In this document: one piece after another, positions 18,697 through 27,839 of the stretch
Layout of the letters: each line of letters opens with the position of its first letter
Numbering within the stretch: position 1 is the stretch's first letter
Assembly: GCA_026129095.1 (NCBI GenBank)
Contig: JAHCIT010000004.1
Coordinates: 248,001 to 312,000 of the forward strand
DNA length: 64,000 nt
Direction: 5' to 3'
From: Deltaproteobacteria bacterium
Lineage (GTDB): Bacteria; JAGRBM01; JAHCIT01
The notes under the pieces: model-generated
What the model was told of the DNA's origin: nothing
Database searches by the model: none
What the model saw: the letters and a program-made list of their open reading frames with translations, nothing else
Program-made: the position numbers and the translations under genes

Positions 18697-19446
18697 CTAT
18701 AACTGCCAACTGTTCAGGAAAGACAGGTATCCAGCCAGAACTGTCAGATTGTCGGTCACCAATAGCATACCCACCAGCAAAAGGATGCAGCCGGAGACTA
18801 TCTCCACCTTGCGCATGTGAAGCTTGGCACGGCTCATCGCCTTGAGGGCCGGCCGGATCAGAAGCCCGGACATGAGAAACGGTATTCCCAAGCCGGCCGA
18901 GTAGATGACCAGCAGGCCCACACCCTGCGACAATGTCTCCTGCCGTTCCGCCATCAGCAGGATTGCCGCCAGCACCGGCCCAATGCAGGGCGTCCAGCCA
19001 AAGGCGAACGCCAGCCCCAGCAGATAGGCCCCGGCAAGGCTGGCCGGCCGGTGCGTCGTGTGAATACGCGCCTCCCGGTACAGCAGCGGAATCTTGATAA
19101 CACCCATCATGTGCAGGGCAAAGACGATCACCACCACCCCGCCGGCTCGCCCCAGCCACGGCTGGTTCTGGAACAGCACAGAGCCGATGGCACTGGCGGT
19201 CGCCCCCAGCAGGACAAAAATTGTTGAAAACCCGAGTACAAAGAACAGGCTGGCCAGGGCCACCCGCTGCCCGGCTCCTTCGGCCAGGGCGTTCTCGTGC
19301 CCGGCTGTGCCTCGCAGATCGTCCATGGACACACCGGAAATAAACGACAGGTAGCCGGGAACGATCGGAAGCACACAAGGAGACAGAAAACTCACCACCC
19401 CCGCCAGAAAGGCGGCAAAGATGGTCACATGCTGGATGGCATCCAC
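18697..19446 (-). CDS. ccdA: Cytochrome c biogenesis / thiol-disulfide transporter CcdA
   Basis: AGVVSFLSPCVLP and FGWTPCIGPVL motifs; about six hydrophobic segments. Confidence 0.9.
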   Translation of the reverse strand: MDAIQHVTIFAAFLAGVVSFLSPCVLPIVPGYLSFISGVSMDDLRGTAGHENALAEGAGQRVALASLFFVLGFSTIFVLLGATASAIGSVLFQNQPWLGRAGGVVVIVFALHMMGVIKIPLLYREARIHTTHRPASLAGAYLLGLAFAFGWTPCIGPVLAAILLMAERQETLSQGVGLLVIYSAGLGIPFLMSGLLIRPALKAMSRAKLHMRKVEIVSGCILLLVGMLLVTDNLTVLAGYLSFLNSWQL

Positions 19447-19522
19447 AACGCAGACAGCCTACCGGCCAGGATACGTCCGGACAATGGACGAGATAGCTAA
19501 ACTCCCGATTCTCAACGTATTT

Positions 19523-20989
19523 TCATCTGTCTTGTCCAGCCGAAGCCGGGGAACCATACCAAACTGGCTTGCCCCGGAAGGTCGGCCGGGGATCCTTGCG
19601 CCACTTGCGCCGGATCAGGCGGTGGACCTCCTGGTAGGTTTCGAATGCCCGGTAGTGGTCGAGCGTCAGGTTGGACGTGAGACGGGGCAGGACATCCTCG
19701 AGAATAGCCACATCGTCCAGAGCAGCCGACAGCACGATCGTCTTCCGGTTTGCAGACAGGGTGAGCCCGTCCGACTCCTGAAGCTCACGAACCAGCTGCT
19801 GCCATGAAACGGGATCCAGAACCTGCCCGGTAAGCGCCGGGTAGACCTCCGGCCATTCGGCCAGCGTACTTTCCATGTCTTCCGTCAGAACCGAATCTAT
19901 GAAATACGCGAAAGAAGGCCACTTGCGCTTTGCCTGAATGAGCAGCTCGCGGTAGCCCTTCGGCTTCAGCCGGAGCAGCCCCTTCACATAATCGGGCCGT
20001 ACCAGCGCCGATTTCTCCTCCAGAAACCGTTCGGCAAGTATCTGGCCACTCTCAGGCATTTGCATGGCGTAGATCGAGGCCACGGCAGTGGAACGGATTT
20101 CCTGGTCGCTGTCACCAAGCGCCTTCGTAAGCGCAGACATAGCCAGCGGGTGTGCCATTTCACCCAGCACGAAGACGATTTCCCGGCGGACGGCACGGTC
20201 GGTTTCCTGGTCATACATCCGTGTCAGGAAGGGAACCGATCGCTCGTCATCCATTTTTCCGAGCGCCCAGACCGCCGTCCGCCGCCGGTCCCCCTTGAGC
20301 GAGGGGATGGTCTTTTCGAGTTCGCGGGCGACGGGAACCCAAGGATAGTGGTCCATGAGCGCCATGAGGCTGCGCCACCGGACGTCGTTCACCAGAGATG
20401 GTTTCCGGATGATCTCAAGAGTCCGTTTCAGGCCAGCCTCCCCCGCCGAAGCGAGCAAAAATGCCATCAGCGCAGGGCTGTGAACCTTGCCTTCCAGTTC
20501 GGCCAGTTCGATATCCATCGGAGGGATATCGAGCAGGCGGTTCATGATGGCAGCAGTGTCCTGCCCCTCCAGACGCAGACAGATATGCAGCCATCTGACA
20601 AACAGATCCGGGTGCAGGGTCGCCCCCACGGGTTCGAGGGCACGCCGGGAGAGTTCGACACCTGAGGGGCCTTCGGCCAGCACGAGCAGGGAGGCAATGA
20701 CGATCAGGTATGCCGGGTTATGATGGCCCTGCTGGAGTGCCTCGCGCAGGAGCGATATGGCGTCCGGGCCTGCACGCTCGAAGCGTGCAACCGCCTCTTC
20801 CATCCGCCGCCTCTGGATTTCGGACTCGTCGTGTTCCTTGGACTGACCGACCGTTTCGAGCGTCTTCAGCGCATCCCTGAGATCAGCCTGCTGGCGCTCG
20901 CTCGGCGACCGGTAAATCTGGGCGGCTGCTGGAGATGCACCGAGAACCACCAGAAGTATGACTGCTGCCCATGAAACCGGATGAAGCAT
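19523..20989 (-). CDS. Secreted HEAT-repeat protein
   Basis: Signal peptide ending AAA-Q; HEAT/PBS-like repeats RRTAVWALGKM, VRREIVFVLGEM, IRSTAVASI. Confidence 0.7.
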   Translation of the reverse strand: MLHPVSWAAVILLVVLGASPAAAQIYRSPSERQQADLRDALKTLETVGQSKEHDESEIQRRRMEEAVARFERAGPDAISLLREALQQGHHNPAYLIVIASLLVLAEGPSGVELSRRALEPVGATLHPDLFVRWLHICLRLEGQDTAAIMNRLLDIPPMDIELAELEGKVHSPALMAFLLASAGEAGLKRTLEIIRKPSLVNDVRWRSLMALMDHYPWVPVARELEKTIPSLKGDRRRTAVWALGKMDDERSVPFLTRMYDQETDRAVRREIVFVLGEMAHPLAMSALTKALGDSDQEIRSTAVASIYAMQMPESGQILAERFLEEKSALVRPDYVKGLLRLKPKGYRELLIQAKRKWPSFAYFIDSVLTEDMESTLAEWPEVYPALTGQVLDPVSWQQLVRELQESDGLTLSANRKTIVLSAALDDVAILEDVLPRLTSNLTLDHYRAFETYQEVHRLIRRKWRKDPRPTFRGKPVWYGSPASAGQDR

Positions 20990-21280
20990 ATGGACCTCGC
21001 TTGATGCGGCAAACGCATCAATTCAAAACCTTCGTGGCGTTCCAGGTCCACGACCCCTGCCAGTTCCCGTTTTCGCTTGCGTCCCTGCAAGCAGGTTTGG
21101 TATTTTAGTAGAAGGTTCAGGACTGGTTGCCAACTTGTAACGGTTTAAATCTGACCGGGGAAAAGTGCGAAAGCATTTCTTAACGGACCAAGCTTGTTGC
21201 CTCTGCCTGGCGGCGCGCCAGCGGGGGTTCTTCCTTCACAACCCAGACTCCAGTTTACCCAGACCAAGGGAGGTCATGTC

Positions 21281-21973
21281 ATGCCTGCAGTTCGGCTGGA
21301 AATTCATCCGGTAAACCCGCAACGGCGCTTTCTGGAACGGGCCGTCGAGATCCTTCGAAACGACGGCGTCATCATCTACCCCACCGATACGGTGTACGGG
21401 CTTGGGTGCAACGTCCATTCACGAAAGGCCATCGAACGCATCCACCGGATCAAGAAGCTGAAACCGGGCAAACCGCTCTCATTCGTCTGCGCGGACCTGT
21501 CACATCTTTCCGAATACGCGACGGTTTCAAAGCCTACATTCCGCCTGCTCAAGCACTATCTCCCCGGACCCTATACGTTCATTCTGGAAGCGTCCCGGGA
21601 AGTCCCCAAGCTGCTCCTTTCCAGGCAGAAAACGGTCGGCATCCGGGTGCCGGACTGCAAGTGCTCAAGGGAACTGGTCAAGCTGTGCGATGCGCCGATC
21701 GTCTCGTCGTCAGTTGATGACCGCACCGAAGGGCTCGCCAACGGGCAGCGGCGAATGCTGGCCGATCCGGACGAAATCGAAGCCCAGTACGGCAATGATG
21801 TGGACCTGATCCTGGACATGGGACCGCTGGGCGGCGAGGCGTCCACGGTTGTCTCCCTGATCGGCGACGAGCCGACCCTGCTGCGTGCAGGCAAGGGGAA
21901 AAGCTACTGGTCGGATTCCGGTGGCTGGATCGAAAACGGCGCCGGCGACATTTCGCTGCGCGCACTGGCCTGA
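21281..21973 (+). CDS. Sua5/YciO/YrdC family protein (threonylcarbamoyl-AMP synthase-like, YciO-type)
   Basis: IYPTDTVYGLGC, LPGPYTFIL, TVGIRVP, STVVSL; GGGAGG RBS before ATG 21281. Confidence 0.88.
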   Translation: MPAVRLEIHPVNPQRRFLERAVEILRNDGVIIYPTDTVYGLGCNVHSRKAIERIHRIKKLKPGKPLSFVCADLSHLSEYATVSKPTFRLLKHYLPGPYTFILEASREVPKLLLSRQKTVGIRVPDCKCSRELVKLCDAPIVSSSVDDRTEGLANGQRRMLADPDEIEAQYGNDVDLILDMGPLGGEASTVVSLIGDEPTLLRAGKGKSYWSDSGGWIENGAGDISLRALA

Positions 21974-22030
21974 CGCCGCGTCCAGCCTAACACCGGATAT
22001 TTCCGGCAATCCCGGTCCTGCGGTTTCCTG

Positions 22031-23674
22031 CTACCCGTTCAGGGACTTCAGATAGTCTTCCCGGTCATCGTCGTCGTAAAGCGTCTCGTACGCCTTGGTG
22101 ATCTGGAGGTAAATCGCCGCCACCTTGGCCCGCTCCGCCTGGTCAATATCATGGCTGAGTTTGGCCGGGTGGAATATCCGCGCCAGTTCCACGTACGCCG
22201 TCCGCACTTCTTCCCGGCCTGCATTCCGGGTGACTCCAAGCACCTGGAAATAGTCGTCCGAGTCCAGCGTCTTGAACTTCTCGGCGATCCGCTCGAAGAA
22301 CGGCAGCTCGGACAGCTTGCCAGGAACCCGCTGTGCGGCCGGGACATCCAGCGTATCCGACGGAACAGCGGGCGGCGGGACCGAATGGCTGGCGACAATC
22401 ACACCGGGAATGTCGGGCGCCATCCCCCGGTCGTCTGCAGGACGGACCGGCAGCATTTCACTGCTTACGCGTTCGCTCAGCCGTTCGGAGTCCGGGTCCG
22501 GAAGCGCCTTGAACTCCATATACCCCAGGACCATGAACCCGTATGCAAGACGCAGCATCTGTTCCGGCCGGGGGGCCACTTCCAGAACATTCCGGAGCGT
22601 CCTGCGCCCATCCACCAGCCGGAGCAGTTCTGCTTCGTCATACTCCAGCACAAAGCCGGCGAGATCGCTGTCAAAATCCGCCCAGCTCACCACCTGGTTT
22701 GCGTAAGGCACCATCCGTTTCTTGATCGAGTCGAACGCCATGCGCCGGACAACAGCCTCCTTGAACGAATGCTGTAGCGGTGTGCTGCCCGCAGGCGCAG
22801 GTCCCTTCGGCTTCTCCGGAACGAAACTGTATTCGCCGGCCGCCCATGAAAAGCAGTTCTCGAACTTCTCCGCATGCTGCCGGTTCAGGGCCGCCTGGAG
22901 CTCATCGGCGGTCAGAAGCCCCAGTTCCACCAGCACGTCGCCGTGGCGCTTCTTCCGCTGCTTGGAAATGAGCCGCGTGTCGTCGCACTGGGTCTGGGTG
23001 ATCTTTCCCTCGGCGACCAGCAGCCGTCCCAGCACCTCACTGAGCAGGTTCGACTGGATACCGGTCAGGGCACCATGGACGAAACCAAATGTTTTCCTGA
23101 CCTTCGCCTTGATGGCTGTCAGCGTTCCGGTGCGCTTTTCGGTAACAATCGAACCGATCACTTCGGCGAACGGTGTTTCGGCGAAGGTTCCCTGATACCC
23201 ACCCCCCGCAGCCTCTGACTGTAATCCCGCGCCTCCGGCCTCTTCCCCTTCATCATCCACCCCGGAGTCAACCTCTCCTGCGTGGAAAAGGATACGGTCC
23301 CGCAGCAGCCCCAGGTTGAGCGGCTTGGTCAGAAAATCATTGGCGCCGTATTTCTGCCGGGCCTCGTTCTGGACCTGGGAGGATTTGTACACCGCGCTCA
23401 TCAGGATGATCGGCAGCTTCAAACCATCGGCCTGCTTGCGGATCGCCTGGCAAAGCTCGAAGCCCGTCATTTTCGGCAGCAGCACATCCGACAGGATCAG
23501 GTCCGGCCGGTCCGTCTCAAAAAACTTGAGCCCTTCCAGTCCGTTTGTGGCAAAAACGATCCTGAGCGGCAGGTCCTGCAGCCCTTCCGATATGAAACTT
23601 CGCACCAGCTTGTCATCCTCGACGACAAGCAATTTTTTCGTGGAGTCGCCCACCCTGGCCCGGTTCCCTCGCAC
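22031..23674 (-). CDS. Response regulator with receiver, DUF4388/MshEN-like middle region and C-terminal J-like domain
   Basis: VVEDD...SDVLLPKMTGF...KP receiver; YQGTF...TGTL DUF4388 start; DYFQVLGV...AYVELARIFHPAK...ITKAYETL J-like domain. Confidence 0.8.
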   Translation of the reverse strand: MRGNRARVGDSTKKLLVVEDDKLVRSFISEGLQDLPLRIVFATNGLEGLKFFETDRPDLILSDVLLPKMTGFELCQAIRKQADGLKLPIILMSAVYKSSQVQNEARQKYGANDFLTKPLNLGLLRDRILFHAGEVDSGVDDEGEEAGGAGLQSEAAGGGYQGTFAETPFAEVIGSIVTEKRTGTLTAIKAKVRKTFGFVHGALTGIQSNLLSEVLGRLLVAEGKITQTQCDDTRLISKQRKKRHGDVLVELGLLTADELQAALNRQHAEKFENCFSWAAGEYSFVPEKPKGPAPAGSTPLQHSFKEAVVRRMAFDSIKKRMVPYANQVVSWADFDSDLAGFVLEYDEAELLRLVDGRRTLRNVLEVAPRPEQMLRLAYGFMVLGYMEFKALPDPDSERLSERVSSEMLPVRPADDRGMAPDIPGVIVASHSVPPPAVPSDTLDVPAAQRVPGKLSELPFFERIAEKFKTLDSDDYFQVLGVTRNAGREEVRTAYVELARIFHPAKLSHDIDQAERAKVAAIYLQITKAYETLYDDDDREDYLKSLNG

Positions 23675-23847
23675 CCACGCGCCCGCAAGGCACGCAGCAT
23701 TCAGTTCGGTTGCGAACAGTATACGGGTGCACTGAAAATCGAGTCAAACTTCGGCGGTGCCCGCCGCAACAAAACAGGATCCGCCAACTTTTGCAGCGCC
23801 CCGGTTGTGCCGGCAATCCGATTCAGAGCGGTACGGGCCGGAAAGAA

Positions 23848-24264
23848 TCAGTTGGAAATCTCGAACTCTCCGCCATCCTCTTCGCACTGGTCCGTTTCCG
23901 AGGAGAAGCTGTCAGCTGATTCGTAGGACCCCAGAAACAGCAGGACACGGGTCAGCGCGAAATCAACGCCACCGAATCTCCGGTCCTCCGGGATAATGCA
24001 GGCGGCCTGGGCCTCTGCCCGGCCGGTACACAGCTCATCCATCAAATAGGTCCCGCCAAAGGTGGCGCACTCTGCTTCCAAACGGTCATGGGCGGCCGTC
24101 CGCTGGCCGTCCTGCAGGGCCGGAAGCACCCGGTACTCAATACAGCGGCCAGTGACACTGTCCAGGCAGCTTCCTGCCAGTGCAAAACTGGTGTCGGCCC
24201 GGTTGCAGCCGGTCGCCGCCATCAGAGCCATCGCTACCGGAACCCATTGAATACACCTGTTCAT
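23848..24264 (-). CDS. Cys-rich lipoprotein (six-Cys family, copy 4)
   Basis: Signal peptide ending AATGC, then six Cys in the pattern shared with its neighbours. Start inferred at ATG 24264. Confidence 0.7.
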   Translation of the reverse strand: MNRCIQWVPVAMALMAATGCNRADTSFALAGSCLDSVTGRCIEYRVLPALQDGQRTAAHDRLEAECATFGGTYLMDELCTGRAEAQAACIIPEDRRFGGVDFALTRVLLFLGSYESADSFSSETDQCEEDGGEFEISN

Positions 24265-24295
24265 GCCGGATCCGCTACCCCACTCTCCGATGCAT

Positions 24296-24715
24296 TCAGT
24301 GAAACTCCAATACGCCGTCACGGCCGTTACAATCGCTGATTATTTCCGGGTCGCCGGCCGAATCCCATTGACCGGACATCCAGACGCGCATTCCCGCCAG
24401 CCCTGCACTGTCCGGCGGTTCGACGCAGGTGGCATAACGGTCTTCACCGGGGCACCCGAACAGGGGATTGAAAAGCCCACCAGCCGCAGTGCATTCCGGA
24501 CCGACTACCGCCATGCAGGCCTGCGTAAGCTCCTTGCGAAGTCCCACAGCCGAATCAATACCGTCACAAAGCCCTTCCGACTGCTGGATGCAACTGCACC
24601 CGATAAGCCCGACGGGGGGCACCGACCTGCCACACCCGGCCAGTGGCAGGAATCCCACGGCAAAACAGACTGCCAGCAGGTCCATCGCCCGTTTTTTCCC
24701 TGTCAGTTGCCTCAA
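24296..24715 (-). CDS. Cys-rich lipoprotein (six-Cys family, copy 3)
   Basis: GGGGAG RBS before the TTG, basic N-region KKR, lipobox LAGC. Confidence 0.7.
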   Translation of the reverse strand: MRQLTGKKRAMDLLAVCFAVGFLPLAGCGRSVPPVGLIGCSCIQQSEGLCDGIDSAVGLRKELTQACMAVVGPECTAAGGLFNPLFGCPGEDRYATCVEPPDSAGLAGMRVWMSGQWDSAGDPEIISDCNGRDGVLEFH

Positions 24716-24745
24716 GCGTGACTCCCCGCCGGTGTCCGTATCCGG

Positions 24746-25141
24746 TCAGGGGTCACAGGACAAATCCGAAGGACCATCGAATGAACCATCCTTGGATTCG
24801 CAATCCGCCTGAATGTCACAAATCTGTTCGTCTGTAAGTCCGGGGTCCGAGTAGAAGCGGGTTTCGGTGATGCCATCGCCGGACTGCTCGCAGGAGGCAA
24901 TAACCCCTTCATCAGGGCAGCTTTCCAGGGCCGTACCGCCGCCGTCACGGCAGGCGTCGTCAACCGACTCGATCTCCAGTCCCAGGTTGAACCCCGGCGG
25001 AAGATCCAAGCCTCGCAGATCATATTCCCACTGTTCGCAAATGAAGCCGTTCTCGCAGGCCGTCGTCGCCGACAGGGAGGCCCCGCCTCCGCATCCCGCC
25101 AGAACCGCACACAAGACCAGTCCTGTCACCACGTATTGCAT
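24746..25141 (-). CDS. Cys-rich acidic lipoprotein (six-Cys family, copy 2)
   Basis: Lipobox LAGC followed by GGG; shared Cys pattern. Confidence 0.72.
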   Translation of the reverse strand: MQYVVTGLVLCAVLAGCGGGASLSATTACENGFICEQWEYDLRGLDLPPGFNLGLEIESVDDACRDGGGTALESCPDEGVIASCEQSGDGITETRFYSDPGLTDEQICDIQADCESKDGSFDGPSDLSCDP

Positions 25142-25274
25142 TCAGCCATCCCCGTATCCGGACCGAACATATGGCCCGGTCAAGCGTTCCACTAACCTGG
25201 CGTGGCACTGCCGCCCGAATGATGGAAGTCTAGGCGAGCATCAAAGCCGAGGGAAACCCCCGCCGGAACCATTC

Positions 25275-25766
25275 TCATGGTGTTTCCGCTGACCACATGC
25301 CCTTGAGAGGCGCCGCCTGGCATATGCTTCGGGCACCATCCTGGGCGTCTTCCAGGGTTCCCGTGCCGTCCCAGTACACCGACACCGAAGCCACGAAGTC
25401 GAAATGGATGCCCTGCCCTTCATAAATGAATGTCTGGTCCCGCCGCTCGGGAACCTGGCACCGGCCGATCCGGCCATTTGCCGCCAGAAGTTCCGGACAG
25501 TCCAACAGTTCCACCGACAGGGAACCGGTTTCGGAATCGTAAGCCTCGCCGGTTTCCACACATACTTCTCCCGCCGCCGCCTGCCGGAGCGCTTCTGTCC
25601 CCGCAACGGTTTCCACGGCATCGACTGCCACATCCACTTCAACGCAGATGGGAACTGTTGCCAGCGGCGCCGAACAGGTTCCGGCCCGCTGCAAGCCGCG
25701 CCCGTCACCGCCACAGGCGGTGGCCAGCATCAGGAAAACCGGCGCTACCTTCCAGAATCTGCCCAA
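25275..25766 (-). CDS. Cys-rich lipoprotein (six-Cys family, copy 1)
   Basis: Signal peptide ending LATAC-GG; shared Cys pattern. Confidence 0.7.
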   Translation of the reverse strand: MGRFWKVAPVFLMLATACGGDGRGLQRAGTCSAPLATVPICVEVDVAVDAVETVAGTEALRQAAAGEVCVETGEAYDSETGSLSVELLDCPELLAANGRIGRCQVPERRDQTFIYEGQGIHFDFVASVSVYWDGTGTLEDAQDGARSICQAAPLKGMWSAETP

Positions 25767-25770
25767 CAGT

Positions 25771-26916
25771 TCAGTCCTTCAGCAGGGACTTGGCGATAAT
25801 ATGACGCTGGATCTCGCTGGTCCCTTCATAGATGCGAAGACCGCGGGCTTCGCGGAAAATGTGCTCGATCTCGCATTCCTTCATGTAGCCCATGCCACCA
25901 TGAATCTGGACGCACCGGTCCACGACGCGCCAGAGCGCCTCCGTGCCGTAAAGCTTGCACATCGAGGCTTCCGTATCGACGTTCTGGCCCTGATCCTTCC
26001 GCCAGGCCGTGGCGTAGAGGAACTCCCGGAGCGTGGCGATATCCACCTCGTTGTCAGCCAGCATGAACTGGACGGCCTGCTTCGTGGCGATCGGCTCGCC
26101 GAACTGGATGCGCTGTTTCGCGTAGGCCACGGTCAGTTCCTGCGCCCGCTGCATGGCCCCAAGCGACCTGGCCGCGATGGAGAGGCGGCCGGCAGCCAGC
26201 ACCCTGAGGCCGAGCCGGAAACCGCCGCCCACCTGGCCGATGACGTTTTCCTCAGGCACCCGGCAGTTCTCGAACACGATCTCGCACTGGCGCACCACAT
26301 CCGAACCCATGCTCGCCATGTGGCGCGTGATGCTCATTCCCGGCGTGTCGCGTTCGATGGCGAAGGCCGTAATGCCGCCCTTGGCGCGCTTGTTACGGTC
26401 AGTCAGCGCGATGATGGTGAAAAATCCGGCGATATCGGCACGGGTGATGAAGTGCTTGCGGCCATTCAGAACCCAGTGCTTGCCGTCCTTAACCGCAAGT
26501 GTCTCGATGGCGGCGGCGTCGCTTCCCGCCGCTGGCTCGGTGATGGCAAAGGCCGCGATCACCTCGCCACTCGCCAGCCGTGGCAGGTACTTCTTCTTCA
26601 GGTAGTCCGATCCTTCATAGACCACCCCCATTCCGCCTATCCCGTTGCTGCCGGAAATCAGCAGGTTGAAACAGTTATGGGCGAAGGCGAACTGCTCCTG
26701 GATCAGCATGTAGGCGAGTGTTCCCAGATTCTGTCCGCCGAACTCCTCGGGAACCATAATACCGAAATATCCCAGTTCGCGAAGCCGCTGGATCAGTTCC
26801 GGGGGAATACTCCTGGTTTCCTCGATCCGCATCGTGTGCGGCATGAGCTCCTTCTGAACAAACTTTCGGGTCGTGTCGCGGAGCATCTGCATGTCGTCGG
26901 ACAGTTCGTAGTGCAT
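25771..26916 (-). CDS. Acyl-CoA dehydrogenase
   Basis: FAITEPAAGSD, LNGRKHFIT, YAKQRIQFGEPI, QIHGGMGY, IYEGTSEIQR. Start inferred at MHYEL. Confidence 0.95.
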   Translation of the reverse strand: MHYELSDDMQMLRDTTRKFVQKELMPHTMRIEETRSIPPELIQRLRELGYFGIMVPEEFGGQNLGTLAYMLIQEQFAFAHNCFNLLISGSNGIGGMGVVYEGSDYLKKKYLPRLASGEVIAAFAITEPAAGSDAAAIETLAVKDGKHWVLNGRKHFITRADIAGFFTIIALTDRNKRAKGGITAFAIERDTPGMSITRHMASMGSDVVRQCEIVFENCRVPEENVIGQVGGGFRLGLRVLAAGRLSIAARSLGAMQRAQELTVAYAKQRIQFGEPIATKQAVQFMLADNEVDIATLREFLYATAWRKDQGQNVDTEASMCKLYGTEALWRVVDRCVQIHGGMGYMKECEIEHIFREARGLRIYEGTSEIQRHIIAKSLLKD

Positions 26917-27002
26917 GAAAATTCCTCGCGGCCGGTTAATTGACCGGTACAACGGCCAAATCAAGAGGAGAACCGGAGCGATTCCGGCCGGCAGGAAACA
27001 GC

Positions 27003-27830
27003 CTACTTGCCCTTGAATCCGGGAGGACGCTTTTCGTTGATGGCGCGGATCCCCTCACGGGCGTCCTCGCCGTAGGTGGCGATTGTCTGGTGGGCGGCTT
27101 CCAGTTCCAGAACGGCCCGCATGGAGCTTTCCAGCGCGAGGTAGACCTGCCGCTTCACCATCGACAGGGAACCGGTTGGACCCGAAGCGAGCTTTTCTAC
27201 AAAAGAGGCCGCTTCCTCGTCGAGCTTCTCATCGGGGACAAGGCGGTTCACAAGACCAATCGCCTTCGCCTCCTCTGCCATGACCAGCTCGCCGGTATAG
27301 TACATCTCCAGCGCCTTCGCATGGCCGACAAGTTTCGGAAGAAGAAACGAAAGACCCAGGTCCGATGCAAGGCCGATCTTCGTAAACACCGCCCCGAATT
27401 TTGCGGTCGTGCTGGCAAGCCGGATGTCGCAGGCGGCGGCGATGCTGAGGCCGGCTCCGACGCATGCTCCCCGGATCACCGCGACCACGGGCTTCGGGCA
27501 GGCAGTGAGGCTGGAGGCGACCCCGCTGATCTCCGTGAGGTAGTTCCATCGTCCGGGGACAGGCTGCGAAAGCCGCGCCTCCATGGTCTTGACGTCGCCG
27601 CCCGCTGAAAACGCTTTTCCCGCGCCAGTCACCACGAGCACCCGGATGGCCGGGTCATCCGTGGCCTTGCGGATACCTTCCAGGATCGGCGGGAACTGCG
27701 CCGGTCCGAGCGGGTTCAGCTGCGCGGGCCGGTTCAGCCGGATTGTAGCCACCGGCCCGTCTGTCTCGTAAACCACCGCATCATCGGCTGCCTGTGCAAG
27801 GGGAGGCATAAGTTCTGAACATCCTTCCAA
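27003..27830 (-). CDS. Enoyl-CoA hydratase/isomerase family protein
   Basis: LNRP, AFSAGGD, KPVVAVIRGACVGAG, EKRPPGFKG. Confidence 0.92.
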   Translation of the reverse strand: MEGCSELMPPLAQAADDAVVYETDGPVATIRLNRPAQLNPLGPAQFPPILEGIRKATDDPAIRVLVVTGAGKAFSAGGDVKTMEARLSQPVPGRWNYLTEISGVASSLTACPKPVVAVIRGACVGAGLSIAAACDIRLASTTAKFGAVFTKIGLASDLGLSFLLPKLVGHAKALEMYYTGELVMAEEAKAIGLVNRLVPDEKLDEEAASFVEKLASGPTGSLSMVKRQVYLALESSMRAVLELEAAHQTIATYGEDAREGIRAINEKRPPGFKGK

Positions 27831-27839
27831 AGTCTTCAG

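Noticed and set aside
21001-21180. c-di-GMP-I riboswitch suggested by GGCAAAC and a GAAA-capped hairpin at about 21165-21178
   Set aside because: The two elements are about 150 nt apart and the rest of the consensus is missing.
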